DNA of 64,000 nt from Smithellaceae bacterium (GCA_963667845.2 CAXXVL010000002.1:2272001-2336000), one strand, 5' to 3'. Shown: positions 51,838 through 63,337, numbered from the stretch's first letter. Notes: generated by a model not told the origin, from the letters alone. Translations and numbers: made by a program.

Positions 51838-53052
51838 ATGAGAAAAAAGCTTGTTTACAGTTTGTGTTTTCTTACCATGGTCTTCATGCTGGCAATGCCT
51901 GGCTTCGCAGCGGCAGCCGATGACACCATCAAGCTCGGCGCCACGGAGCCCCTTTCGGGAACGTTCAAGGACATCGGCGAGCGCTATCTGGATGGTGTGG
52001 AGTACGCTGTTAAAGTCATCAATGAGACCGGCGGACTTTTGGGGAAAAAAGTGGAGGTTGTCCGGATTGATTCGGAGTTGAAGCCGGATGTCGCGACCCG
52101 CAAGGCGCAAAGCCTGATTTTGAAAGACGGCGTGAAGTTTTTCTGCGGCGGCACAGGAAGTTCGGTCGGTGCGGCCATGGAGCAGCTTGCGGAAAAACAG
52201 AATGTCATCATGTTCACCTACGGAATGGATGCCGCCAGCATGACCGGCGTGAAATGCAGCAAGAATTTCTTCCGGCCCGGCGGCAGTACGGACGGCCGTT
52301 CTTTTGCTCTGGCGCAGCTTATTGCGAAAATGAAATATAAGAAGGTCGCCATCATTGCCCAGGATTATTCTTTCGGTCAGGAAGCGCTGTCAGCTTTCAA
52401 AAAAGAGTTGGCCAAGCTCAGCCCCAATACGAAAATCGTAGCCGAACTCTATCACCCGGCAGGCACCAAGGATTACGGCCCTTATGTCAGCCAGCTCATC
52501 GCGGCAAAACCGGATGTTATCTTCACACCTAACTGGGGAAATGACCTGACGCTGCTTCTCAAGCAGGGACGTCCTATGGGTATGAACCAGAAAATATTTT
52601 CTTATTATATCAATGACGAAGTCACCATCGACGCACTGGGCAATGACAGCCTGATGATCGGCAATATGGGCGCGGAAATTTACACGTTATCCATTCCCAC
52701 CAAAAAGAATGAAGCCTTTGTCGCTAAATTTTACAAAGACAAGGGATATTATCCGACTTGGCTGCGCGGTAAAGCTTACATTGCCACCATGTTCTGGGCC
52801 GAGGCCGTTAAAAAAGCCGGAACAACCGATGTAGCGGCTGTCATCAAAGCGTGGGAAGGCCTGTCCTATGACGGACCCGCCGGCGTCTGGACGATGAGAG
52901 CCTGCGATCATCAGGCACAGGTACCGTATTGGTTCACTGAAATTGTTGCCAAGAACAAATACTTCAAACATGCTTTTGAGGCGCCTAAGGGCATGGCCTC
53001 TGCCAAGTCTGTGGAAGTTCCCTGCGCGGATACGGGCTGCAAGATGAAGTAG
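51838..53052 (+). CDS. Liv-type ABC substrate-binding protein
   Basis: Signal peptide, PLSG, GGLLGK, DYSFG, R.CDHQ. Confidence 0.92.
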   Translation: MRKKLVYSLCFLTMVFMLAMPGFAAAADDTIKLGATEPLSGTFKDIGERYLDGVEYAVKVINETGGLLGKKVEVVRIDSELKPDVATRKAQSLILKDGVKFFCGGTGSSVGAAMEQLAEKQNVIMFTYGMDAASMTGVKCSKNFFRPGGSTDGRSFALAQLIAKMKYKKVAIIAQDYSFGQEALSAFKKELAKLSPNTKIVAELYHPAGTKDYGPYVSQLIAAKPDVIFTPNWGNDLTLLLKQGRPMGMNQKIFSYYINDEVTIDALGNDSLMIGNMGAEIYTLSIPTKKNEAFVAKFYKDKGYYPTWLRGKAYIATMFWAEAVKKAGTTDVAAVIKAWEGLSYDGPAGVWTMRACDHQAQVPYWFTEIVAKNKYFKHAFEAPKGMASAKSVEVPCADTGCKMK

Positions 53053-53113
53053 ACGAAGGAATATCTGTTTTCGACATTCGCTTTTAAGTTTCAGAGCATC
53101 CATTCCCTCCTCA

Positions 53114-53157
53114 GGGGATGACCCCGGAAGCCGCTTATGGCGAAAGGGGTCATCCCC
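53114..53157 (+). other. Intergenic stem-loop downstream of the SBP gene
   Basis: Perfect 12-bp GGGGATGACCCC/GGGGTCATCCCC stem with no U-tract. Confidence 0.65.
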
Positions 53158-53216
53158 CCCAGACGGAACATGAATTTGATTTTAAGTTTTGAGTTTATGA
53201 AGAGCGAGGACGTCAT

Positions 53217-54266
53217 ATGGCAGAAGTAAACGGTAAGGTCATGAGCGCCCGAGAGGCAGTGGAAAGATTTGTGCACGACGGCGACGAACTGGTGATCGGC
53301 AACTATACCGTGGGAAGCTGCGCTGAACTTGTTTACGAAATTACCAGGCAGGGCAAAAAAGGCTTTACCCTGTATTCGCAATCCGGCATTTTTGATGTTG
53401 AGGTTCTCGTTGCCGGCGGATGCGTTGATCGCCTGGTTACAACCTATGTGATGCGTTCCGGCGGCAAGAAGGGCGGCTCCGCCGTCGAGAGGGCCCTGAA
53501 TGCGGGAACGCTGCAGATCGAGGATTACACCAATTTTGAATATAACGCGCGGCTGGTTGCCGGCATGCACGGGTTTTCCTTTATGCCGGTTCTGGAAGGG
53601 GTCATGGTGACCGATATCTTCCGCAGACGCGGGTTCATGGGCGAAAATAAATTCCAGGTCATCAAATGCCCGTATACGGGAAAGGATAAATTGACCGTGC
53701 CGGCAGCTTCGCCCGACGTGTGCCTCATTCACGTTCAACGCGCCGATTCCGAAGGCAACGCCCAATACTGGGGCGCCATGGGGAGTGTGGCGGCGGCGGC
53801 GCTGGCCAGCAAAAAGATAATTGTCTCGTGCGAAGAGATCGTTGATCACGACATCATTCAATCGAGTCCCCATCTGACGATTATTCCGGCCTATCGCGTC
53901 AGCGCAGTCGTGGAAGTCCCCTGGGGCGCTCATCCCACGGAAGTGCTCGGATACTATAACGTGGATACCTTCATGTACAACAGCCTGTTTACCGCGGCCG
54001 CGGCGACCGCCTCCGGCCTTAAGGCCTGGATGGATGAGTGGGTTTACGGCTGCCCGGACCGCGCGCACTACATCGATCATTATATCGCGAAGTTCGGCTC
54101 TGAGACGCTCGATGAGCTCAGGGCCAAACCCTTTTACTCCGCCCCTGCCGATTACGGCGCGGCCTTTACCTCGCACTGGGACCGCGAAGGCCGGGAAAGA
54201 AGCATGGGGGTTACCCTTCCGGAGCTGGAGCAACTATTGAAAGACAGAGGGAAAGTTTATGGGTAA
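53217..54266 (+). CDS. Family I CoA-transferase subunit A (glutaconate CoA-transferase GctA-like)
   Basis: EAV..FV.DGD, CPYTG, PDV..IH.QRAD..GN, P.GAHP. Confidence 0.88.
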   Translation: MAEVNGKVMSAREAVERFVHDGDELVIGNYTVGSCAELVYEITRQGKKGFTLYSQSGIFDVEVLVAGGCVDRLVTTYVMRSGGKKGGSAVERALNAGTLQIEDYTNFEYNARLVAGMHGFSFMPVLEGVMVTDIFRRRGFMGENKFQVIKCPYTGKDKLTVPAASPDVCLIHVQRADSEGNAQYWGAMGSVAAAALASKKIIVSCEEIVDHDIIQSSPHLTIIPAYRVSAVVEVPWGAHPTEVLGYYNVDTFMYNSLFTAAAATASGLKAWMDEWVYGCPDRAHYIDHYIAKFGSETLDELRAKPFYSAPADYGAAFTSHWDREGRERSMGVTLPELEQLLKDRGKVYG

Positions 54267-55089
54267 ACCTTATACGCTCGATGAACTGCTGGCCATTGCG
54301 GTGGCCCGGGAAATTCATGATTATGAGAATGTGGTTCTGGGCGTCGGTGTCCCCATGACGGCGGGAGCCCTTGCCAAGTCGCTTTTGGCGCCTCACGCAA
54401 CGCTCATGATGGAATCGGGCATCGTGGATATCCGCCCTCTCTTGTCGCTGAACAACATTGCCGACGCGCATTCCGCCCGCGGATTTTCCTATGCCACGGA
54501 CCTTTTCTCGGCCTTCACCGCAACGTACCGCGGTTTTGTCGACGTCTGTTTTCTGGGCGTGGCGCAGGTCGATAAATACGGCAATCTCAATACGACTGTT
54601 ATCGGTGATTACAATAAGCCTACCATGCGGCTGCCGGGGTCCGGCGGGGCGGCGGATTTCATTTCCTACGCCAAACGGACCGTCCTCACCATGCGGGGAG
54701 GCACCTTTGTCAACAAACTGGATTATTTTACTTCCCCCGGTTACCTTGAGGGAGGGGACAGCCGGGACAAAACGGGTTTGTTTCCCATCGGCTCCGGACC
54801 GTCTGCGCTCATCAGCACAAAGGGCATTTTCCGTTTTGATGCGGGAACGAAAGAAATGTATCTGTCGACGATTCATCCGGGAGTGAGCCTCGAATCCATC
54901 AAAAAAGACATCCCCTGGGATCTGCAGGTATCTCCTGATCTGGCTAAGACCGAACGTCCGACGGACGCGGAGATTGATTTCATCCGCAATTTCGCCCCGG
55001 AACTTTCCGCCGGCCGCGAATTGACCGTGGAATTGCGCAACGCCGCCATTAAGAAAAAAGCGGAACTGCGTGAAGGGAAGAAGGCATAA
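54259..55089 (+). CDS. Family I CoA-transferase subunit B (GctB-like)
   Basis: MESG with catalytic Glu, AQVDKYGNLNTT, RLPGSGGA, TSPG. Confidence 0.9.
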   Translation: MGKPYTLDELLAIAVAREIHDYENVVLGVGVPMTAGALAKSLLAPHATLMMESGIVDIRPLLSLNNIADAHSARGFSYATDLFSAFTATYRGFVDVCFLGVAQVDKYGNLNTTVIGDYNKPTMRLPGSGGAADFISYAKRTVLTMRGGTFVNKLDYFTSPGYLEGGDSRDKTGLFPIGSGPSALISTKGIFRFDAGTKEMYLSTIHPGVSLESIKKDIPWDLQVSPDLAKTERPTDAEIDFIRNFAPELSAGRELTVELRNAAIKKKAELREGKKA

Positions 55090-55108
55090 CCCCAATGCGG
55101 AGGATCCT

Positions 55109-55870
55109 ATGAAACTGAAAAATAAGGTGGCGATCGTTACGGGCGCCAGCAAGGGCATCGGTAAAGGCATTGCCACAAGGTTTGCCAAAGAAGGGGCCTC
55201 GGTCGTTCTGGCGAGCCGAACGCTCTCGGTTCTGGAAGAGGGCGTCCGGGAGATCAAGGCGGCAGGCGGTGAGGCCGCGGCCATTTCTGTTGATGTGAGA
55301 AAAGTTGAAAGCATCAATGATCTGGTCAAAAAAACCATTGACCGTTACGGCCGCCTGGACCTGCTGGTCAATAATGCCGGTATCACGATGGGCGGTCCGT
55401 CCGAAGATCTATCGCCTGACGACTGGCGCGCCGCGCTGGAAACTGACTTGTTCAGCGTGTTTTATGCGTCGCAGGCGGCGGCGCGCGTCATGATTCCGCA
55501 GGGCGGCGGCAACATCATTAATATTTCATCGGTCAACGGAATTCTTGCCGCACCCAGGCGCGCCGCATATTGCGCCAGCAAAGCGGCGGTTAATGAGTTG
55601 ACCAAGGTATTGGCTATCGAATGGGCGGACCGCAAAATCCGCGTGAATGCCATCGCCCCCGGATATGTGCGGACGGAACTGGTCGAGGACGTCATCAATA
55701 AAGGAGCTATTTCGCTGGACGCCATTCTGAGGCGCACGCCCCAGGGCAGGATCGGCGAAGTTGAGGATATTGCCTCGCTGGCGGTCTACCTGGCGAGCGA
55801 AGAATCAGCCTATATGACCGGGAGCATCGTCAACATTGACGGCGGCTGGCTGGCATATGGGTATTTATAA
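55109..55870 (+). CDS. SDR family oxidoreductase (FabG-like)
   Basis: TGASKGIG, NNAG, YCASK, IDGG. Confidence 0.93.
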   Translation: MKLKNKVAIVTGASKGIGKGIATRFAKEGASVVLASRTLSVLEEGVREIKAAGGEAAAISVDVRKVESINDLVKKTIDRYGRLDLLVNNAGITMGGPSEDLSPDDWRAALETDLFSVFYASQAAARVMIPQGGGNIINISSVNGILAAPRRAAYCASKAAVNELTKVLAIEWADRKIRVNAIAPGYVRTELVEDVINKGAISLDAILRRTPQGRIGEVEDIASLAVYLASEESAYMTGSIVNIDGGWLAYGYL

Positions 55871-55909
55871 ACAGCATTACGTAACAGGAAATAAAAGAGG
55901 TATTTCATT

Positions 55910-56767
55910 ATGACAGAAAAAATAGCCGTCATCGGTTCGGGAACGATGGGGTCGGGCATTGCCCAGGTTGCCGTGGAAGCGGGTTTTCAGGTAAATCTCG
56001 TGGATACCGAACAGGGATTTGTGGATCGCGGTGTGGCCAATATTCGCAAATTTATCGGCAAGAAAGTTGAAAAAGGGAAACTGAATCAAGCCCAGGGCGA
56101 TGAGATATTGTCGCGGCTTTCGGGCACAACCGATATGGCCGGAGCCGTCAAAGGCGTGATCATGGTCGTAGAGGCCGTCTTTGAAAAGTTTGAGCTGAAA
56201 AAGGAAATCTTTCAAAAGCTTGATGCCCTTTGTCCGCCGAATGTTATTCTGGCCAGCAATACGTCCACACTGAGCATTTCATCCATTGCCGCCGTGACGA
56301 AGCATCCGGACCGTGTTATCGGCACGCATTACTTCAGCCCCGTTCCGGCCATGCGTCTGGTGGAAGTCATCCGTGGGGAAAAGACCAGCGATGCCACGGC
56401 GGAGAAGACCGTTGAGATCTGCAAAAAATTTGGTAAAACGCCTATCGTCGTCAAAGATATTCCGGGCTTTATCGTTAACCGGTTTTTGTGCCTGATTTAC
56501 AACGAAGCGGCCGATATGATTGCCCGCGGCGATTCGACGGCGCAGGATATCGACCAGGCGATGAAACTGGGCTGCAACTGGCCGATGGGCATTACCGAAA
56601 TCATCGATCTGGCGGGCGTGGATGTCTGCGCCAACGCGATCGATGCGATGTATTCTATGACCGGAGAAGACCGTTATAAGCCATCCCCGCTTTTCGATAA
56701 AATGCTGGCCCAAAAGAAACTCGGCCGGAAAACAGGCGAAGGTTTTTACAAGTACGAAAATAAGTAA
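55910..56767 (+). CDS. hbd: 3-hydroxyacyl(butyryl)-CoA dehydrogenase
   Basis: GSGTMGSG, EAVFE, SNTS, HYFSP, PGFIVNR, GRKTGEGFY. Confidence 0.92.
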   Translation: MTEKIAVIGSGTMGSGIAQVAVEAGFQVNLVDTEQGFVDRGVANIRKFIGKKVEKGKLNQAQGDEILSRLSGTTDMAGAVKGVIMVVEAVFEKFELKKEIFQKLDALCPPNVILASNTSTLSISSIAAVTKHPDRVIGTHYFSPVPAMRLVEVIRGEKTSDATAEKTVEICKKFGKTPIVVKDIPGFIVNRFLCLIYNEAADMIARGDSTAQDIDQAMKLGCNWPMGITEIIDLAGVDVCANAIDAMYSMTGEDRYKPSPLFDKMLAQKKLGRKTGEGFYKYENK

Positions 56768-56779
56768 AAGGGAAAGAGA

Positions 56780-58012
56780 GTGCAAACCATGAAAGATAGA
56801 GAAGTAGTTTTTGTTGAAGGCGTGAGAACTGCCTTTGGTCGATTGGGCGGCAGCCTGAAAGACTTTACCGCGGAAGAACTGGGCAGCATCGCCCTGAAAG
56901 GGCTGATTGATAAATCGAAAATTTGCGAACGGGGCGTTGTGGACTCCGTTTTCGCCGGAACGGCTTTTCACGTGGCCCGGGCCCTCGATCCGGCCCGCTG
57001 GATCGTGCTGGATGCCGGCCTGCCCGTGACCACGACGGCCTCTTACGTGGAAATGCAGTGCGGGTCCGCCATTGACAGCATCAATCATGCGGCCTGGAAA
57101 ATCCTTTGCGGCCAGGCGGATACCGTTATCGCCGGCGGCATGGAATCCTTCAGCCAGCTTCCGTTTAAATTTTCTTCGAGTACCCCGCCGTATCGCATTA
57201 CGCCGCCCAAGCAGCTCGCGTATGAGTTGCAGCCGAAACCGAAAGAGGGCCGTTCGTATCCGCCTTTTGAGATGGGCCTCACGGCGGAAAACCTGCAGGC
57301 ACTGTACAATATCTCCAGGCAGGAACAGGACGAGTTCGCGTTCCGCAGCCAGACCCTGGCCAAAAAAGCAATGGACGCCGGCTATTTTGAAGATGAAATC
57401 GTGACAGTCTTCGTATCCCAGGGGAAAAAGAAGCCGCCTCTGGAGTTTAGAATTGATGAACATCCCCGGCTGGAATCGCTGGACGTTTTGGCCAAGCTGC
57501 CGCCCGCTTTCAAGAAAGACGGCGGGACAGTTACCGCGGGCAATGCGTCGGGTCTGAATGACGGCGGCGCTTTCGTCTTGATGATGACCGCCGAAAAAGC
57601 CAAAGCCTGGGGCTATAAGCCGTTTGCCAGATGGATCTGCGGTTCGGAATACGGCGTGGATCCGTCCATCATGGGTATCGCTCCGGCCCATGCCATTCCC
57701 ATTGCCCTCAAGCGGGCGGGGCTCAAACTTGCCGATATCGATGTGATTGAATGCAATGAAGCCTTTGCCGTGCAGAACTTGGCCGTGATCAAAGAACTGG
57801 AAAAGCAGACCGGTGAAAAGATTGATATGGCTAAGTGGAACCCGCTGGGCGGCGCCATCGCCTTCGGCCATGCCAACGGCGCCTCCGGCGCGCGCTGCGC
57901 CATCTTTGCGATGAAGCAGCTTGAGCGCACGGGCGGCAAATACGGTCTCTTTTCATCCTGCTGCGGCGGCGGTCAGGGTGTTGTGTCCATCATTGAAAAC
58001 CTGAGGAAATAA
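56780..58012 (+). CDS. Thiolase (acetyl-CoA acyltransferase)
   Basis: MQCGS, GGMES, NASGLNDG, NEAFA, GHANGASG, CCGGGQG. Confidence 0.95.
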   Translation: MQTMKDREVVFVEGVRTAFGRLGGSLKDFTAEELGSIALKGLIDKSKICERGVVDSVFAGTAFHVARALDPARWIVLDAGLPVTTTASYVEMQCGSAIDSINHAAWKILCGQADTVIAGGMESFSQLPFKFSSSTPPYRITPPKQLAYELQPKPKEGRSYPPFEMGLTAENLQALYNISRQEQDEFAFRSQTLAKKAMDAGYFEDEIVTVFVSQGKKKPPLEFRIDEHPRLESLDVLAKLPPAFKKDGGTVTAGNASGLNDGGAFVLMMTAEKAKAWGYKPFARWICGSEYGVDPSIMGIAPAHAIPIALKRAGLKLADIDVIECNEAFAVQNLAVIKELEKQTGEKIDMAKWNPLGGAIAFGHANGASGARCAIFAMKQLERTGGKYGLFSSCCGGGQGVVSIIENLRK

Positions 58013-58364
58013 CGGATGGGCAATCCGTATCTTTGCACAGGGAGTGTTAATTCCGCTGCCCTGTCGAGTCTTCGCTCGTTGAAGGCAGTCTAATTCCTTC
58101 TTGCCCCTTCTCATTGCCCTGGCTTCCCTTCGGCGTGACCTCCCCCGGGTCTCCCGGGGGGGGCCAGGGCCCTTTCCAAAGCCGTTGTGAAAAGGCATTG
58201 TTTCTTTTGGTGCTGATCCTCGTATCAGCGTCTTCTGCCGTCTGCTCGTGACCATCGGAATCCGGTACTAGTATCTTCGAGTGGGAAAAGCGGCACTCCG
58301 TCTTTGGGTCCGCAGTTTCGCGGGCTTATCAATTCGCTTGATTTCCGTGATAAATCATTATTAA

Positions 58365-58901
58365 ATGGCCTTCATGATGGATATCTTACAAAATAACTAC
58401 ATCCGGATCGTCTTCAGCTCCGTTGCCGTTTACATTTTTATCATCCTCGCCATCCGGCTCTTCGGGAAGAAAGAACTGGCGCAGCTTTCCGTTTACGACC
58501 TGGTATTTATTCTGCTGATCAGCAATGCGGTGCAAAATGCTATGGTCGGCCCCGACTCGACGCTCTCCGGGGGGCTCGTCGCCGCGGCCTCTTTGTTTGT
58601 CGTCAATTTCATTCTCAAACAATTGCAAATCCGCTTTCCGAAGTTCGGGAAGGCCATCCAGGGCGAAGCCATTATGCTGGTGTTCCAGGGGAAAATATTA
58701 TCTTCACATATGAAGAACGCCGGGATCACGGAGGATGAACTGATGGAAGTGATCCGGGAGCATGGCGTTGCCGCCGTCTCAGAAGTCGATCTGGCGGTAC
58801 TGGAAGTTGATGGCAATATCAGCGTCCTCTCGACCGAGCTTCGTAAAAAAACAACCCGCCGCCGGAAAGCGCATAAAGTCATCTCCAAGCAGCAATCATA
58901 A
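58365..58901 (+). CDS. DUF421/YetF family membrane protein
   Basis: RLFGKKELAQL, NAVQNAM, LE.DG.IS; start may be 58374 or 58377. Confidence 0.9.
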   Translation: MAFMMDILQNNYIRIVFSSVAVYIFIILAIRLFGKKELAQLSVYDLVFILLISNAVQNAMVGPDSTLSGGLVAAASLFVVNFILKQLQIRFPKFGKAIQGEAIMLVFQGKILSSHMKNAGITEDELMEVIREHGVAAVSEVDLAVLEVDGNISVLSTELRKKTTRRRKAHKVISKQQS

Positions 58902-58997
58902 AAGAACTTTGGCGTCGAGGAGAGCGGATCGTGACGGCCATCTTCTCACGCGCAAGTCCGGGCGCGTGATGAACTGTGTTGATGACGACAGCCGTCC

Positions 58998-61900
58998 TTA
59001 AATGTCCTCCTCCCCGGGCTCGGGTTCTTTTTTCAGCGGACACGCTTTGTTCTTAAAGAACTCATAGTACAAAAGAGGAACGGCAATGAGCGTGAGCGCC
59101 GTCGAGGCCACGGCTCCGAACATCATGGCGATGGCCAGTCCCTCGAAGATGGGATCAAACAACATGACGAAAGATCCGACAACGACCGCCGCCGCGGTGA
59201 GCACGATCGGCCGGAAACGGACAGCCCCCGCCCGGATGAGCGCCTGACGCAGGTCTCCCGTGTCGCGCCATTCCATCTGGATAAAATCGACAAGGAGGAT
59301 GGAATTGCGCACAACGATGCCTGCAAGGGCGATGAATCCGATCATCGAGGTTGCCGTGAAAAAGGCGCCGAAAATCCAGTGGCCGGGCAGTATCCCGACG
59401 AGGGTCAGCGGAATCGGGGCCATGATGACGAGCGGCGTAACAAAGCTTTTAAACCAGGCCACGACCAGGATGTAAATGATAATGAGGACAACGGCAAACG
59501 CCAGACCCAGGTCCCGGAAGACTTCAAACGTGATGTGCCATTCGCCGTCCCACTTCATCGAATATTCATTTTCGAGCCAGGGCTGAGCCGTATAATACTG
59601 TTTGAGCTCGTAACCTTCTGCGAGTTTCAGCTTCTTGATATCTTCTTTCATCTTCAGAATGGCGTAGACGGGGCTTTCTTCCGTGCCCGCGACATCGCCC
59701 GTCACATAGGTGACCCTCTTCATATTCTTGTGATAAATCGTTTTGTCTTCAATCCCCTCACGGACCGAGATGAGCTCGGCGAGCGAAACGAGCCCTCCGC
59801 CAGACGTCGGAATGGTGAGCGATTGCAAAGCGGTCACATTCGACCGCGCGGCCTGCGGCATGCGCAGGAGGATTTCAACCGGTTCCTTCTCCCGTTCCAT
59901 ATGGGCGAGCCCGGCCGGGGCTCCGGCCAGTGCGACGCGCAGCGTTTTGGCGACGGCTTCAGTGCTGATGCCATTTTCGGCGGCTTTTTCCCGGTCGACA
60001 TCGAACGTCAGTTTGCGCTGATCGTCCTCCACAAACCAGTCCACGTCGACGACGCCGTCGGTTTTATCGAAAATATCGCGCACGGCTTTGGCGATTTCGA
60101 TCTGGCGCGACGTATCGGGGCCGTAAATCTCCGCAACCAGCGTGCTCAGGACCGGCGGCCCGGGGGGCAGTTCGGCAACTTTAATCCGGGCGCCGTAGCT
60201 CTCGGCGATTCGTTTCAGTTCCGGACGCAGACGTTTCGCGATATCATGGCTCTGCCCCTTGCGTTTGTCTTTGGATACGAAATTGACCTGGATATCGGCC
60301 ACGTTGCTTCCTGTGCGCAGGAAGTAATGACGGACGAGACCGTTGAAATTGTAAGGCGACGCTGTGCCCACATAGGTCTGATAATCCGTTACTTCCGGCA
60401 CCGTCTTCAGATATTCCGCGAGCTCCCGCGAAAGCGCCGCTGTTTCCTCCAGCGTCCGTCCTTCGGGCATGTCGATGATGACCTGCAACTCGCTCTTGTT
60501 ATCGAAGGGCAGCATCTTCATCGTGACTTGCTTAAGGGGTACAAGGACGAAAGCCAGCAAAAGGAGAGCGAGAATCACCGAAAAAGCGATGACTCTCTTT
60601 TTCCTTACATCGACCAGAGGGCCGAGGGCTTTTTCATAGAAGCCGGCCAGTCCCCGCTTACCGCCTTCCTCTTCCGGTTTGTGATGGACGTTTTTCAAAA
60701 CAATGTAGGCGAGCCAGGGGCTGACGATGAAAGCGACCAAAAGCGAAAAAACCATGGCTGCGGAAGCGCCGACCGGGATCGGCCGCATGTAGGGTCCCAT
60801 GAGCCCGGAGACGAAGGCCATGGGCAAGAGGGCGGCAATCACCGTGAAGGTGGCGAGGATCGTGGGGTTGCCGACTTCGTCCACGGCATAGACCGCCGTC
60901 AGCGGTTCGATCCTGTGCATCCGGAAATGGCGGTTGATGTTTTCGACGACGACAATTGCGTCGTCAACCAGGATGCCGATGGAAAAGATAAGAGCAAACA
61001 GCGTCACGCGGTTCAGCGTATAGCCGTAAAGATAGGTCGTCAAAAGCGTCAGCGCCAGCGTCACGGGAACCGCGACGGCGACGACAATGGATTCGCGCCA
61101 GCCTAAGAATACGGCAATCAGGACAATCACGGACAGGGTGGCCAAAAGCATGTGAAACAGGAGTTCGTCCGACTTATCCTTGGCTGTCTCCCCATAGTTG
61201 CGGGTCACGGTTGCCTGGATGTCCTTCGGGAGCAGGCTGCCTCTCAGCGCATCGACTTTACGGAATGCCTCCTCGGCGACAACGCTGGCGTTGGCTCCTT
61301 TCTGCTTGGAGAGAGCAATCGTCACAGCCTCATACTGCGAGGCGGGGCTGCCGGCAAGTCCCTTTGCTGCCGCCTGCGGACCCAGTCCCATGAAAACATA
61401 GTTTGCCGCTTCTTCCGGTCCGTCGCTTACCTGCGCGACGTCCTTCAGGTAAACGGGGCGGCCGTTAAAAACATGGACCACCAGATCAGCCACATCCCGT
61501 GCGCTTTTCAGGAAACTGCCCGTTTCCACGATCATCTCGCGGTTGCCCGAGGGAAAGGTGCCGGAAGGGACAGCCACGTTGGCCTTCGCGAGTGTGTTCA
61601 TGATCTGAAAGGCCGATAATCGGAAGGCCCGCAGGCGCTGCGGATCCAGCGTGATCCGGACCTGGCGGCGCTGCCCGCCGATGATGGAAGTTTCCGAAAC
61701 ATTTGCATTTTTCTTCAGCTCCGTGCAAAGGCCGGTCGCCACCCGCCTAAGCTCATATCCGGTGTACTGGGGATTGGGGCTCCACAGCGTAAGCGACAGG
61801 ATGGGGACGTCATCAATGGATTTGGGTTTCACCAGCGGTTGAGAAACGCCGGGCGGAATGAGATCATAGTGCGACATCAGCTTGTTGTAAAGCTTTACCA

Positions 61901-62231
61901 GGCTGTCTTCCATCTTTTCGCCGACGTAGAAACGAACGATGGTAACGTTGAACCCCGGCTTAATAATGGAATAGACGTATTCGACCCCTTTGATCTCGGA
62001 GAGGAATCTCTCCATAGGGAACGTTACACGTTCTTCCACTTCTTTGGGAGACGCCCCGGGATAGCTGACATAGACATCCACCATGGGAACCACAATCTGG
62101 GGTTCCTCTTCGCGGGGTGTGACCATGATGGCAAAGAGGCCCAGCAGAAGAGCCGCGGCGACCAGGAGCGGCGTCAGCTTCGATTTGATGAAGGCGCGGG
62201 CAATCTTCCCGGAGATTCCGATCCCTGTCAT
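58998..62231 (-). CDS. AcrB-family RND efflux permease
   Basis: [28 protein letters not shown]. Confidence 0.93.
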   Translation of the reverse strand: MTGIGISGKIARAFIKSKLTPLLVAAALLLGLFAIMVTPREEEPQIVVPMVDVYVSYPGASPKEVEERVTFPMERFLSEIKGVEYVYSIIKPGFNVTIVRFYVGEKMEDSLVKLYNKLMSHYDLIPPGVSQPLVKPKSIDDVPILSLTLWSPNPQYTGYELRRVATGLCTELKKNANVSETSIIGGQRRQVRITLDPQRLRAFRLSAFQIMNTLAKANVAVPSGTFPSGNREMIVETGSFLKSARDVADLVVHVFNGRPVYLKDVAQVSDGPEEAANYVFMGLGPQAAAKGLAGSPASQYEAVTIALSKQKGANASVVAEEAFRKVDALRGSLLPKDIQATVTRNYGETAKDKSDELLFHMLLATLSVIVLIAVFLGWRESIVVAVAVPVTLALTLLTTYLYGYTLNRVTLFALIFSIGILVDDAIVVVENINRHFRMHRIEPLTAVYAVDEVGNPTILATFTVIAALLPMAFVSGLMGPYMRPIPVGASAAMVFSLLVAFIVSPWLAYIVLKNVHHKPEEEGGKRGLAGFYEKALGPLVDVRKKRVIAFSVILALLLLAFVLVPLKQVTMKMLPFDNKSELQVIIDMPEGRTLEETAALSRELAEYLKTVPEVTDYQTYVGTASPYNFNGLVRHYFLRTGSNVADIQVNFVSKDKRKGQSHDIAKRLRPELKRIAESYGARIKVAELPPGPPVLSTLVAEIYGPDTSRQIEIAKAVRDIFDKTDGVVDVDWFVEDDQRKLTFDVDREKAAENGISTEAVAKTLRVALAGAPAGLAHMEREKEPVEILLRMPQAARSNVTALQSLTIPTSGGGLVSLAELISVREGIEDKTIYHKNMKRVTYVTGDVAGTEESPVYAILKMKEDIKKLKLAEGYELKQYYTAQPWLENEYSMKWDGEWHITFEVFRDLGLAFAVVLIIIYILVVAWFKSFVTPLVIMAPIPLTLVGILPGHWIFGAFFTATSMIGFIALAGIVVRNSILLVDFIQMEWRDTGDLRQALIRAGAVRFRPIVLTAAAVVVGSFVMLFDPIFEGLAIAMMFGAVASTALTLIAVPLLYYEFFKNKACPLKKEPEPGEEDI

Positions 62232-63325
62232 TTTATTTGTGCTCCCGTGATGATGCCGCCGTCGATGACGCGTTCGGTCCCCGCCGTAACAATCCGGTCA
62301 CCGGGCCCGAGACCCGACAGGATTTCCGTGTAACCGGCGGACGAAACGCCTGCTCGAACAATCCGGTAGGTAACGATCCCCTGCGGGTCGACGGCGTAGA
62401 CACCCGTCAGCTGTCCTTTTTGAACAATAGCCCGGTCGGGGACTCCGATAACGTTTCGTTTGCCGACGGGTATTTTAAGACGGGCAAAGAGCCCGCTGCG
62501 CGGACGAAAATCCTTAAGCCCCACTTTGATGATAAAGGTCCGGGACTGCGGATCAACGGCGGGCAGTACTTCCCGGACAGTCCCGGAAATGGGCTTGTCG
62601 AATGTTTCAATTACGGCTTCCACGTCCATGCCGGTTTTTACTTTGGTTCCCATGCCGGCATCAATCGATGCTTCGATATAGGAATTTCCTCCGCCTTCAA
62701 TGACCAGAAGCGGCATGCCGGGGCTGGCCATACTGCCCACGTCGATACGCTTCTCGGTGATGCGTCCCGCGGCGGGCGCGGTGACCCGGGTAAAAGACTG
62801 GTAGGCCTTGGCCTCGTCCGTCATTGCCTTCGCCCGCTCATAGTCGGCCGCCGCCACATTTTTTTGGGTTTCTATCTGATCCATTTCCTGGCGGGTCAGG
62901 GCTTTGGCCTCATAGAGATTCTTGTATCGCTGCCAGGTTCTGTCGGAAAGTTCCGTATTTTGTTTGGCCGATTCCATCGCCATCCGGGCGGCGCGCACGC
63001 GCTCGGCGGCGTCGCGGTCATCAATGGTCAGGAGCAGTTGTCCGGCCTTGACGGAATCTCCTTCCCGGACCAGGAGGGAAGTGACGGCTCCCATCGCCCG
63101 GCTCGCGACAAGGCTCGTGCGATCGGACCGGACGGTTCCCGTGGTTTCGTAGACGCTGTCCACCGGCTGCGGGGCAACAACAGCAAGGGTGACGCCTGCG
63201 ATTTCCGGGCGCTTGACCGTTGACTTTTCCGGCTGACCCTTGCATCCCGGGGTCAGGCAAGCAAGCAGGAGTAGTGCCGTAATTATCCCCAGGGCCGTCA
63301 CGATGCGGCATCTTTGTTCATTCAT
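62228..63325 (-). CDS. RND periplasmic adaptor subunit
   Basis: Lipoprotein-like N-terminus, V.EGD.VK.GQ, AP..G, VDP.SRTF. Confidence 0.92.
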   Translation of the reverse strand: MNEQRCRIVTALGIITALLLLACLTPGCKGQPEKSTVKRPEIAGVTLAVVAPQPVDSVYETTGTVRSDRTSLVASRAMGAVTSLLVREGDSVKAGQLLLTIDDRDAAERVRAARMAMESAKQNTELSDRTWQRYKNLYEAKALTRQEMDQIETQKNVAAADYERAKAMTDEAKAYQSFTRVTAPAAGRITEKRIDVGSMASPGMPLLVIEGGGNSYIEASIDAGMGTKVKTGMDVEAVIETFDKPISGTVREVLPAVDPQSRTFIIKVGLKDFRPRSGLFARLKIPVGKRNVIGVPDRAIVQKGQLTGVYAVDPQGIVTYRIVRAGVSSAGYTEILSGLGPGDRIVTAGTERVIDGGIITGAQIK

Positions 63326-63337
63326 AGCGTATCTCCA

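Noticed and set aside
56279..57871. 530-aa antisense ORF (also 59379-61106, 41997-43040, 53091-54233)
   Set aside because: Shadow ORFs opposite well-supported genes, expected with GC-rich codon bias; no recognisable motifs.
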